A stretch of 64,000 bases of DNA from Lama guanicoe (taxonomy: Eukaryota): NCBI GenBank assembly GCA_013239625.1, contig MU056050.1:92337-156336 (forward strand), given 5' to 3'. Position numbers and translations under genes: made by a program. A model generated the notes under the pieces. It had not been told where the DNA came from. It did not search any database and worked only from the letters and a program-made list of their open reading frames with translations. Every line of letters begins with the position of its first letter. The first letter of the stretch is position 1. This document shows, in pieces, positions 50,140-62,262 of the stretch.

Positions 50140-50720
50140 AACAAATGCAGACTCTAGTCTAGAAGGATGAAGTCTGGGAAGGGATGTGACTAGAGTGTAT
50201 AAAATTATGCAGAGATGGAGCAAGGGAACACAGTCTTATTCACCAGATCTGAGAATTCTAGAACCAACAGCCCCCTAAGAGCTAGAAGGAGATTCAATTA
50301 AAGCAAATATGACTCTGTGTCAGCACCCCTGTTTGTGCTTTTGCTCCAGGCTCTTTTATGTCAAGGATCTCATTTTCTCATCACAGCAGCCATGCAAGGC
50401 AGGAAGAAGAGGTATTGATAATCCCATTTTACAGATGAAGAAACTGAGTCTCAGAGAAAGGATGAAAATTTCCTGTACTCACTCAGCCAGTAAGTGATAG
50501 AGGTGGGATTTGAACCTAGATCTGTTGGACTCCCAGGTCAGTGCTTCTCCTGCTACGGCAGCTGAAAAGAAATGTTACTCTACATTGCATACTGAGAGCC
50601 TAAGGAATTCATTAGCCCCAAGAGGTGCAACAGGATGAAAATACAAATAGTCTTGAAAAGAGTGAGAAAGTTATGGCTGACAGATCTACTGTGGATTGCT
50701 AAGGGAAACGGGTTGTGGTA
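50140..50720 (+). mobile_element. CR1/L3 3' relic interrupted by a minus-strand MIR (about 50310-50560)
   Basis: CR1-like motifs (tctagtctagaagga, gtgtataaaattatg, ggaattcattagccccaagaggtg); MIR core cccattttacagatgaagaaactgag. Confidence 0.6.
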
Positions 50721-52751
50721 GGAATGTTCTTGATCTTGGAGAACAGCCACATCCTTCCCCAGCCTGTCCCTCCAGACCCCATTAGGATATTGGGCTGGAA
50801 TCACTATGCCCTTGGCCCAGAGGGTGGTTCTGGTGTCCGCCAAACAGCAGCAGAATAGGATGAGGCCTCCTTGGAATGCCCTGAGGCTTCTGCCTGGTGG
50901 CCAAGGGATGTGGAAGGTAAGGAAGGGGAGAGCAGTGGGCTACAGCTCCTTTAGGAAACTCAGCCCTGTGGGCCCAGAGTCCCAGAGAATTCACCTGTTC
51001 GAAGGCATCCGTTCTTTCCCAGTGAGAGCTCCCAGGTTCTGCTTGCCAGGTCTCCTTCCTGCCACCTCCCCCTGATGACTGCTGCAACCCTCTCTCCACC
51101 TGCACCCCCAAAATACCCCCAAAATCAAGTATAAAACTTTCCTGAGAGTTGATGGGATGAAGAAGAGAACGTGGGTCTTTCCAGCTCTGGCTTGCTAACC
51201 TACTGCAAAGCTTTGCTTCTTTATCCAGGAAATGGAACCAGGGGCCCTTGCCCTTTCCCATCTTCCAAAGGAAGAAAAGATGCTTCCTGAAAACTGAAAA
51301 GGAGGCCCTTTATAAAGAACTTGGGCACCCTAGGGGTCAGGTATTCTCAGCAGCCCTACACCATAGATGTGCCTTAGAAACCTGTGATCTATGTCCTAGA
51401 TCCAGACAAGAGGCCCACTCTTGTAGACGTGCGTGTCTTAAGCATGTTTGGCTTGTGTCAGAGTGGCCACAAGCTCCACAAAGGCGGAGAGAAAGTCCAT
51501 ATTTACACTCTTGCCATGTTTGTCTTTAGTTCTGTTTACTCTCGCTTCCTTCCCCCACTCTAAATATCTCATGCATTTAATGCAAAGAACTCTAGCAACC
51601 AGCACTGATTTCTCAGGAGTTCATAATTAACTAATTTTGTTTCTGTGAAAGTAGCCTCAAAGAAAAGCAGTTTTTATACAGGCTGTAAAAGACAGCTTTA
51701 CACCTTCTTTAGGGATTTGGACTCCTCAATAGCAACCATACAGCTGGAGATCCCTGAAGAAGCCGAAGAGAAACTTGCTACCATGCTGGTTTCCATGGAC
51801 AGAGTCAGGCCTTTTCATTTTAGAGAGAACATTACCCGTTAGTTGATACAGAAGGCATCTGTAATGTGACTTTTATAATCAAAGCCGTGAACTAGTGAGG
51901 GGCCCTTAATGGGGGTGAGCCTTGCTGTATGCAACATCTGTATGTCTGAATCCTGCATGGAAATGAAACACTATTTAAAAAAAATACTAGAGGAGTTGGC
52001 TATTTCAAAGAACTGTGTACTGCATATTTCCTTCGAACTGTCTCACGGGGTACCGTATTGGACTTGGAACACAGCAGGCTCACTCAAGTTAAAAATGACT
52101 TTGAGACCAGGAGCAGTGACAATAGTAGCAGCTGCGGCAGATCAGAGAGTAGTAGCAGTCTTCATCCCAGAGGTGGTGGCTTGTTTGGACAGAGGATCTG
52201 GGATAAGGGGAGGGACTAGAATGGGACAACCAAGCCTGGTACGAACACCCCCTTTCCACCAAAATAAAGTTTATTTTAACTCAGAATGAGCTAGACAATT
52301 AAAAAGCTAGAGGCAATTTTTCTGGAGCTCTATTCTGATTTTCTTCACGTCAAAACACTTGTGCGTTTTACACATAAATCAGCTCATTGTGAAATTTACC
52401 AATAGGCAAGCCACCTAGATGAGGGAACAGGTCTTTCATGCTAATGAGGGCTACTATAAAACTGCTTGGTTAGCTTCTGATAAAAGAGAAATTATTAAAA
52501 TGGCTTAAAATAAATCCTTTTCATTGCAAGCTTAATCAAGCATACAATGTTGCCGTAGGTTACAAACTGTTTTATAGCAGAAGGAGACGTTTGCCAATGG
52601 GGCTGCAGCCTGCTTCTCTCTGTCTTTTTCAAACCAGTGATGAGTGTGCTCCCCAGAAGCCTTCAGACCACTAGAAAAATGCCAGATGGCGCTCTGTCTC
52701 TAGCACGTTCACCCTGGGAATAGCCAGAACACTCCATCACCACCTTATTTT

Positions 52752-52891
52752 TTTTAATTTTTAATTTATTTGGTGGAGGGTGTGACTAGGTTGATTTATT
52801 GATTTATTGATTTTAGAGGAGGTACTGGGGATACAACACAGGACCTCATGCCTGCTAAGCGTGTGCTCTACCACGGAGCCATACTCTCCCC
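52752..52891 (-). mobile_element. Vic-1-type tRNA-derived SINE, more diverged copy
   Basis: Reverse complement aligns with 23250-23377; perfect 18-bp TSD ccatcaccaccttatttt at 52734-52751 and 52892-52909. Confidence 0.9.
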
Positions 52892-53479
52892 CCATCACCA
52901 CCTTATTTTGATGATCAGTTTGACTTGGTTAAATTAGCGTGGTACCTTTCTGATTCCAAATTTGGGAATGTGGGCTAGAGGGATCATGTCTCCATGTGTA
53001 CATACACAGACGTGCATTCATGCATATTTGAAATAGTGGCCACACAAGTATTCACAAATGCAGAGACACACACACACACCCACACATACATACACACACA
53101 TTTACATCCTAACCATTCCTCTCCACCATGATTTACCACCACCTACCTCTCAGCTCCCATCCTTGAGTTGACCAAAGATAGAGAGGAGCTTCAGAATAAC
53201 AGAGAACTGGAAAGAGTCCAACATCCCTAATCGAGGCTTGAGTTTTACCCAGCCGACTACCTTAGGTCAATGCCTAGTACCCAGTGCCTGCACCACAAAC
53301 AGCAGAATCAGAGGAGAACCATGGTTGACGGTGTTATTTTGCCCATGAAACTCGATACATTCCCATTGTCAGCTGGTCTTTTTCTTCAGGTACCAGGAAC
53401 ATCACCACAGCACCAAGGAACAAAGCTGGTACTTGCCTTTACTTTATTATTGTTTTCTTTCTATTCTGTGACCTGCTTT

Positions 53480-54030
53480 AGTGACCAAACACTACATCAT
53501 AAGTGTTTTCCAATACTAAGAAGCCATTTTCCATAACGTGATTTTAAATGGATGGAATATCATTTACTTATCACTCCCTGTTATGGGATATATTAGAAGT
53601 TTCTAATTTTTCAACATTATAAATAACACAGTGAATTAAATATTTGCATCCTTATTACCATAAGATACAATATTACAGTGGAATTTTTGGTTCAAAAGTT
53701 TTAAATATATATTTCCTAATTAAAACATTTTTATCAACATATGGTAAAGTACACAGGTCTTAAGTATACATATCAATGAATTTTTACATAAATATACTCT
53801 TGTGACCACCACCAGATCAAGATGTTGAACCCTTCCCACATCCCAGATGGTTCCCTTGACCCCCTTCTCAGCCAATAACCCTCCTAGAAGTAACCACTAC
53901 TCTGAGTTTTATAAAGTCCAAATATTTTTAAGGCTTTTAATATATATCGCCAAGTTGTCCTCCAAAATATTTATAGCAAAGTACATTCTCCCCATCAGCA
54001 TGTGAAAATAACTGTGTCCTCACACCTTCT
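53480..54030 (-). mobile_element. Old L1ME-like fragments
   Basis: AT-rich L1 3' motifs (aatttttcaacattataaataaca, agtaaccactactctga). Confidence 0.55.
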
Positions 54031-55699
54031 TGGCTTTACTTTGTAAAGGAGATGTTGTAGCACTTGAAACACACCTGGTTACAGTCAGCGACGGGAAGGA
54101 CCTGTGAAAGAGCCGGATTGGGGTTCAGCTGGGTACCAGGAGTCCAGTGGGAATCACAGATCTTGGAGCCGGAGGCTGAGGGCAGTCCTAGAAGGCAGGC
54201 AACATAGTGTCACAGTCCACAAGTACCTTAGAAACCTCCAACTGCTCGGTTGTTTTCTTTTATTCATTACTGCTCTCTGTTGTACATACCCCAGGTTGTC
54301 TTTGCACGCAGCTTTCAAAATCTCTACAATGATCACTTAGTTATGCCTGGTACATAGTAGGGTCTTAAATACTTGTTAAATATATGGCACTTTTTATCCC
54401 TTGCTTTTTTCTGCTTACGGAAAGAAAACATGACACTGAAGAGGCGCATGACGCAGCAATTACCCTCTCCCCCACAGTTCTTCTCCCCAGAGGTAACAGC
54501 AATTCATGGGTTAGAATGCATTTTTCCCGATAGTTTTCTCCACGTACACTGTTTTTTACTTTTATTTGTTTTGAGAGTTAAATACTCCTTTTAAAACGTA
54601 AACTTTGTCGATAATAATATAATATACTTTTGTTAAGCATTGTAAGGTGCATTTAATAGCTTTCAAATACACCACATCAAAGTTCATCTTCAATCAATCA
54701 AACCCAATGGTAGTTCATTCTTGCACAATAAAGCTCCCTTCCACTTGTATTACAATACCTACTTAGCTCTTAAAGGCAGGGAGTGGAAATTACAGCTTGT
54801 TTCTGATCACTAATCATTAATATGTTCTAATGCTCCTAAGAGCATCAAGAGAATTATACGAAAATGAATATAAAGAAATGATTCTGATTTCAAAGTACAT
54901 TCTTTGGAAACATTAACAAAAGCGTAAAAATGATACCAGTATACATATGTCTAGTAACTTCTTGATAGAAAAGTTCTGAAGAACAACCTGTTTCTTACTA
55001 CAGAAAGGAGGTAATTTCTTTTTAAAATCAAAGGTTTTTTTTTCCCACAGAATTTCACATTTTCCTAATTTGAAGGCAGAAAACAGCAACAGAGAACAAT
55101 AACACAAGCATCAATGAATACACTAGGGAAATCTTGATATTCAAAATGGCTAGATAATGCTTTTTTGAATTTTAGAATAAATGTGACAGAGGTTAATCAT
55201 CACAAAAGGTTAAGGTTAGAGCGAGATCAGCCAATGAGTAAACATGGTTAACATATTTTATACAGTAAACTCTCTATTGAAGGGAAAAAAATCCATACAG
55301 AAAAATTCACTGGATGTACTGCTTTATAATCAGGGGGAAAAAGGGCAGGAGATGAGGGTGAGTGGCCTTAAGCCCATAGGAATAGGTCTGGTGATCATTC
55401 GGTGGGTTTCACGAATGCCCTGGTTTACCTGCCAGAGATGGCGGTTGGTGGGGATAGCGGGGTAGGATTCAGTGAAGTTGTAACTGCTTTGTTTCCTTCC
55501 TCTAATTAATTACAGAGCTCAGTACATTCTTTTCCTTTATCCCCATCAAAAACATTCATTAAACACTTAATAGATGTGGCATTGTTGCGGGTGGGAGTGT
55601 GTGTCCAACTGCTTTGTTCAGGTTTGGACTGGAGAGGATTTCTGTGTTCGGTAGTTTCTTGGAATCAATAGATTTGCTCCCAGTTCAAACTGCTCCACA

Positions 55700-56170
55700 G
55701 AGCCTTTAAAAATGTTTACACTCTGTGACCCAGTAATTCCACTTCTGGGAATCTGTACTAAGGAAAGAGAAATCCAGACTAAGATTTATGTGCAAGGATG
55801 TCCACGGCAATGTTATTTATAAAAGGAGAAAAACTGGAAAAAACCAGAAATGCCCCAAATTAAGGGAATGATTAACCAGATGATACCACAGCCATATGAT
55901 GCTCATATTATATAGCTATGAAAATTGTTTTCAAATATTAAGAACATAGAAATAGCCATAATGATGAGTGAATATGTAGGCTAAGAACTGCATGTATAGT
56001 TTGATCCTGCTTTTGTTTAATTGCGTATCTATGCAGAGAAAAATGACTAAGAGGAAAGTCATAAACATTCACTGTAATTATCTCTGGGAGGCAGAATTAC
56101 AGGTGACTAACTTCTTTATCCTTTTCTGTATCTTTCAAATATATTCAGTGAGCATGTATTATTATTAAAA
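55700..56170 (+). mobile_element. Old L1ME-like 3' fragment
   Basis: tgacccagtaattccacttctgggaatct, ttatctctggg. Confidence 0.65.
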
Positions 56171-56308
56171 TTAGCCCCCCAAGCCCTCCAAATTCTATCT
56201 GATAAACAAATTAAACAAACAGGTAAATGTTTCATAAATTGTACTCTGTCCTCCCTGTGCTGTGTACTTGGAGTTAGGACTCACCTACTTTGGTTCTCTC
56301 TCTCTCTT

Positions 56309-56341
<33 letters not shown>

Positions 56342-56919
56342 GCTCTGCTTTCAGTCTGCCTTGCCAGAGTGCAAGTTTCAGGAAATATGTCACCTCTGTA
56401 AAGGGAATTTGTACTTCTCTTTAATTGTGTGATTAAAGCTTGTTGGTGCTGGCCCGTGGCGAGTACTTTTTCTGGTCCAGCTCTTTCTAGGCCCCTGAAA
56501 TTACACCAGTAGGGGGCTGTCTACTCTGTGGATTGCCTGAAAGGAACAGCTTTCTGGGAAACTGACCTGTGGGAAGATAAAAGAAATTCTGCCTGGGGTG
56601 TGATGGGGTGGTGGGAGTTTGAGGGAAAGACAGAGTAGAGACAGGGATAGAATGAGCAATTTTGTTTAGTAGAGAGGGTATCTTAGTAAGGTTGTCTTTC
56701 AGTGTCTTGCTGTTAAAAAGAAATGTAGCACTGCAGTTCAGTTGGATGGGTAAGAAGTTCTGTTGAAGGTTAAATGCACCCAGCTCCATGCCTGCCTCTC
56801 AGCCCTGCTAGGAACCCAGATCCTGCTATAACGAGGAGGGGCTGCTCAGTAAAGGCTGTCTTCTTTTAACAAACAGTCAGCAGTTGCAAAAGTGAAATAT
56901 GCACCTAAATTTCAAGCAA

Positions 56920-57340
56920 TACAGAAGTGTAGAAATTAAAACGTGAAATTCCTTCCCTCTCCAATGTCACTCTTCAGAAGTAACCTGATAAAAAGCCTGG
57001 TGTATATTTTTCCAGACCTTTCCACTTTTCCTACGCATATACAACAAGCATATGTGCACATACACACAGAGTTACACACATAGGTAGAGAACAAAAATGG
57101 AACCAAACTATAAATATTATTCTGTAACTTACTTTTGAAAAAAAAAACAATATTATTTCATGGGCATGTTTCCATGTCAGTATATATAGGTTTACCTCAT
57201 TTTTTTTAGTAACTATATAACATTCCATCATGGGAATGTTTCAGACTTATTTAACCAACTCCCCATGGTTGGACATTTAATTTAGTTCCAGTTTTTCATA
57301 GTTACAAGCAATAGTGCAATAAACATCCTTGTACATATTC
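56920..57340 (-). mobile_element. Old L1ME-like 3' fragment
   Basis: ttatttaaccaactcccc, ggttggacattta, gcaataaacatccttgtacata. Confidence 0.65.
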
Positions 57341-57994
57341 CATGGAATCAACTTAAGGGGAAATCTTCTTTCCATCAGCTGTGCACTACCTAACCATTTG
57401 CAATTAGTTTCCTGGGCTCTGGAGGACACTTTTTAATGGCTATGCCAAATGTTCTGTAGCGTCCCAAATGGTCCAAGGCATCCTTTCCAATTGAGTTGCA
57501 GTCAACTACACACTGCATTTTAAATGATATTACACTTTAAGGACAGGGCACTGTCTTATATTACTGATACAGTGTTGTAATGCTCTGTCTTCATCTTAAT
57601 GCCCTGGACTTGAATGGACACTGCCTGAAGAGAGTGGGGCGGCCAGAAGCTGCTGGTACGTGGCACCAAGGGCAGCCCAACCCAGGGAGACACAAATATG
57701 TGAACTTCCCTTCCCCACTTACATCCAGCATCTCTCCACCACTTCTGGCAGCAAGATAAGGCACTTTATTTGCCACCTACCAGCTGGGAGAAAAGTTGGG
57801 GTGCACTAATACTAACATTCGAATTGAAGGAGACCAGGCTGCTTTCAACTCCTCCTACCCCCCCATCTCCCTCCTCTACACTCAGGGGCTCACTGTCTCC
57901 ATTAGTCTTCTGGCTAGACAGCCCTTTCTCCAACACCCTATTTGGAGGTGACACCAGCCATTGCCTGCACCCCCATCAAAACACATCTCTTTTT

Positions 57995-58192
57995 ATTTTT
58001 TTATTTTCTAACTTTTTTATTGAATTATAGTCAGTTTACAATGTTGTGTCAATTTCCAGTGGAGAGCACAATTTTTCAGTTATACATGAACATACATATA
58101 TTCATTGTCACATTCTTTTTCGCTGTGAGCTACAAGATCTTGTATATATTTCCCTGTGCTATACAGTATAATCTTGTTTATCTATTCTACAT
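57995..58192 (-). mobile_element. 5'-truncated L1 3'UTR of the same type as 112-338
   Basis: Reverse complement is collinear with 147-333; T-rich tail; degenerate TSD aaaaca(c/t)atct(c/t)tttt. Confidence 0.88.
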
Positions 58193-58254
58193 GTGCCTGT
58201 ATGTAGAAAACATATCTTTTTTTAGAACTCTCCGTTGCCAGTATTCATTTGTAT

Positions 58255-58490
58255 TAGCATGACAGAGAGCACCTAAGGCTTGGCATCAGGAGACCATTTT
58301 TTAGCCCTAGGCCTTTGATCAAGTCAGTTAATCTCTCTGAGCCTCCATTTTGACATCTGCAAAATGGGGATAATAATAATAGTATCTTCTTCAAAGGGCT
58401 GATGTAGAGATGAAACGAGATCACAGAGGGGAAAGTCCACTAAAAGCAAGGAAAAGTGCTATGTGATTGTCAGGTGCCGTTATTATTTAT
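58255..58490 (+). mobile_element. MIR SINE
   Basis: caagtcagttaatctctctgagcctc, catctgcaaaatggggataataataatag. Confidence 0.75.
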
Positions 58491-60659
58491 GGATTCTCTC
58501 CTGTAGATAAACCAGTTTTAGTTTGTCTTATTTAAGCAGGGGATTTCTGGAGACTACAATGTTTTAACTGGGAGGAGTGCTTATTACAGTGAAAATGTCA
58601 GGCGGTGGCACAGGCCAGTGGGGAAGCTATTTTGAGATGGGGAAGACCTTCCAGACCTTCAAATCCACCTATGTAGGGGGTTGCTGGCACCGCCAAGATG
58701 GACAGCTGACCAGAGTCCCCCAGGCAAAAGTGTCAGAAAGGTCTCTGTTACCCTTTTCTATCTCCAGGAGAGAGGAGGATGGCTTCGAAGGGGGCAAGAA
58801 GAGCGTAGATTTCTGTGGGCTGGCCTGAGGACCTATCCTCCCAGGGGACATGTGTTCTAGCAACTGTTTGGTGTATTTTTAAAGGTCAGCGAGGCTTTGG
58901 CTCTATAGGGTGGAGTGGCTGTGACACCTGATTAATGTCTGTGCAGTACTTTCCAGAATGAAATTTAATCAGCAGAATGATTGCAGCAAGCAGCTGCCTG
59001 GAGGAAAACGATCCTGTCCTAATGGCGCCTTGTTTGATGTGTTGGCGTTGTGGCGGGGCACGCACGGTATTAGTCCAGCCCACGGGGGCCCGCCTGGGAC
59101 ACCGGAGCAACTAGCAAGGAAATGCAGGCAGCAGCCACAGCCCTGCCAGGGCTCTGGGTAGGGTCGCCGCGGTCAGACTGTCAGCCCCTCCCCACTCCCA
59201 GGACCTTTACTGTCAGCCTCGTTCCTGCCCCCAGGGTCTTCCCCGTCGGCTCCTCTAACCCCCTCCTTTCATTATTATCCGTTCCCGAGTCCCTCAAATC
59301 CATCACTCTTCGTGCTCCCCCCACCCGCTTCAAGGCCTTCACTGACAGCTTCGTCCAACACTCTCACACAGACACACAAGCACACGTGCCTCCCCGCCCC
59401 GCACAGGTGTTCTCAAGGCTTATGTGGAATGAAAAATAGTCTCTCCTCCCCAAAATGACTGGAGTCCCTTGGTCTAATTAACCCTTCTTGGCCCACTTTC
59501 CTGACAGAAGCACGGCGGTTATTACACTGACCTGCAGACATTCTGCGGTCGGCATTATTTATACTCCCTAACAGATAGGAAGTGCGGCAGGGATCGAGGG
59601 GACTGCCACGTCCCACCACTCAAATGACCCGGTGTGCCTTACGTCCAAGCTGACTGTGCTGGGCCTTCCTCACCAGGAGCTGCGGTTTGAGATGTCCTCC
59701 CAGGAGTGGAGCTGGGCTGAATGCACTAGTCACACTTTCTTGCTGATCTTTATTTCCCCAGTTTGAAAAACTTCCACTTAACCCCTCCAGATTGTACCCC
59801 AGACTCACCGCAGGGATTTAACCCAGGACGAGGCAAGAGCTTGGAATTATTAAGACCCCAGTTTACAGTGGAAAGGGTAGCCTTTCAGGACCAAACGGAT
59901 CAGAATGACCAGGCTGTAACAAACCCCTCTAAACTCAAAGAAAGGGCTGAGCAGTCTCTTCTCCGCGGGCAGCTGAGATGACTTCAAGACTTGCAGGCTT
60001 TGCCTGAGGCACCACCCCAAGGTCCTATGTGTGAAATGAATCTGGAATCCAGGAAAAACAAAGAACTGACTGGTGTTCCTGACCACATCAAGTCGTGTAT
60101 GTGTGTGGTAGGGTCTAGAGGCGGAACTGAACCAGAGAGGGTGGAGATGGTGTTCAAAGTGAGAGGATACCTTGAATAGTATAGAAAAAATCATTATTGA
60201 GCACTTGCTATGTACCAGGTCCTAGAAATAAATAAGATTCAATAAATAAATAAGATTCTCTCTCAAGGAGTTCACAGTTAAGTGGGGGGGGTCTTGTAAA
60301 AAAAAAGATAATTTCAGCACAGAAAACTAAATGCAATGGTAAAGGTGTATGCTGGATACAGAGAGAGGACTGAGAAGGGGTGGGAGAAGTGGTACCTGAT
60401 TTAAGTATTAAAAGATTTACTCATTCATTCATTCTCTAGGATGTAAGTCGCATGAGGTCAGGGACTTTTGTTCGCTGTTGTAGGTCTAATGCCTAGAACA
60501 GTACCTGGAATATGGTAAGAACACGATATTCATTGAATAAATGAATACATGCTTATTAATACGCCAAGCACTGTGTTAAGCACTTGGGATACATGGGGGA
60601 GGGGTGATGGAAAGGGAAGAGTCAAGGAAGATTTCTAGGTTTTTGGCTTGAGCAGAAGG

Positions 60660-61725
60660 ATTGGTTTTAATTCTTCCTTAAACACTTGGTAGAGTTCACC
60701 AGTGAAGCTATCTGGTTTGTGTTATTGTTTTGGGGAGGGGGAGGTCTTTGGTAGAAATTTTTGATGGCTGATTCATTTCACTTGTATCGGTCTATTCAGA
60801 TTTCTATTTCTCCTTAAATCAGTTTTGATGACTTGTGTCTTTCTAGAAATTTGTCCATTTCACCTAGGTTATCTAATTTGTTGGCATATAATTATTCATA
60901 GTATGCCTTTAAAAAAAACACCTGTAAGTTCAGTAGTAATGTCCCCAGCTATAATTGTTGAATTGTCTATTTCTCCCTGCAATTCTGTCAGGTTTTGCTT
61001 CCTGTAGTTTGGGGGGGGGGTCTCTTTTTAGGTGTGTATATATTTATAATTGTTATATCTTCCTGAAGTATTGACCCTATTATCATTATAAAATGTTCTT
61101 CCTTGTCTCTAGTAACAATTTTTGTCATAAAGTTTATTTGTCTGATATTAGTATGTCAACTCTCTTTTAGTTACTGTTTTCATGATACATCTTTTTTCAT
61201 CCTTTTACTTTCAACTTAATTGTGTCTTTGAATCCAAAGGATGTCTGTAGACAGCATATAATTGGATCATGCTTTTTATCCATTCTTCCAACTCTGCCTT
61301 TTGGGTGTAGTGTTTAAGATGTTTGAATTTGATGTAATTATCAAAAGGTAGGATTTATGTCTGCTTTTGCTATTTGTTTTCTATATTTCATGTCATTTTT
61401 GTTCATCAGCTCCTCCATTACTGCCTTCTTTTGGGTTAAGTGGATTATTTTCTAGCCTACCATTTTGATTAACTTGTTTCTTTTACTATATTTTCATAGT
61501 GGCTTCCCTGGAGATTGCAATGAGTATATTAACTTATACAAACCAATTGAAATTAATACCAAATTAATTTTCAATATTATTCAAGAACTTGCTCCAAGAA
61601 TGCTCCATTCTCTTCCTGCTCCTTTGTGCTGTTATTGTCATACAAATTACATCTTTATACAGTGTATGTCATCAACACAGACTTGTCATGATTGCTTTAC
61701 ACAGTTGTCTTTTAAATCAGAAAGC
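60660..61725 (-). mobile_element. Old L1M internal fragment, cut off by the ERV insertion
   Basis: Antisense L1 motifs (ttcaccagtgaagctatctgg, ggtctattcagatttctatttc, gtagacagcatataattggatc). Confidence 0.75.
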
Positions 61726-61744
61726 AGCGGGGGGAGGGGTGGAA

Positions 61745-62242
61745 TGTGGAATATGGCCTAAAATTAATATTATGTATTGCCTTGACATGTGGTAAAATCA
61801 AGAGGGCCTCAAATGGCCTAACTGCACATTCCCTTCCCCACTCTGCTTCCACAGATAAGATCCTCTAGCCAAACAACCCTCTTTATCATGGAGACCAGGT
61901 ACAGTTCCTGCTTATCCCTGAGTAGTGGGCTTCAGTTCCCTGCCAGCCCATAGAATTAGTTAAACAAACCAATCAAATCCTCCCACAGGAACCAGGGGCT
62001 TCTCCATCTTCTTGATACTGCAAAGCCTGCCTCCCATACCCCTGCTTGTTTACTCTTTCCAAGTGCAAACCCTGTGTGGCCCTGTGTGACATGCAGTGTC
62101 CTCCCCCTTCAGGCTGTGAGTATATGTGACTAATAAACTGCTGTCCATTTCATCTGTCCAGTGTTGTGTACGTGGTCATCCCCATAGCCCTAGGGCAGGA
62201 TCCCTCCCTCAACAATGGTGTGAAGAGGAGGTGATCAAAACA
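61745..62242 (+). mobile_element. 5' LTR of a class III (ERVL/ERV3-type, MER74/MER73-like) endogenous retrovirus
   Basis: TG...CA ends, CCAAT near 61969, AATAAA at 62132-62137, followed directly by a primer-binding site; family name recalled, not searched. Confidence 0.8.
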
Positions 62243-62244
62243 AT

Positions 62245-62262
62245 TGGCGTCATGAACAGGAT
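62245..62262 (+). promoter_or_regulatory. Retroviral primer-binding site complementary to tRNA-Ser(CGA)
   Basis: TGGCGTCATGAACAGGAT; its reverse complement ATCCTGTTCATGACGCCA matches the recalled tRNA-Ser(CGA) 3' end ATCCTGTTCGTGACGCCA at 17/18. Confidence 0.8.

Noticed and set aside
51645..52289. ORFs upstream of the promoter (65 and 126 aa) followed by AATAAA
   Set aside because: No recognisable homology or retrocopy hallmarks; cannot be supported without a database search.
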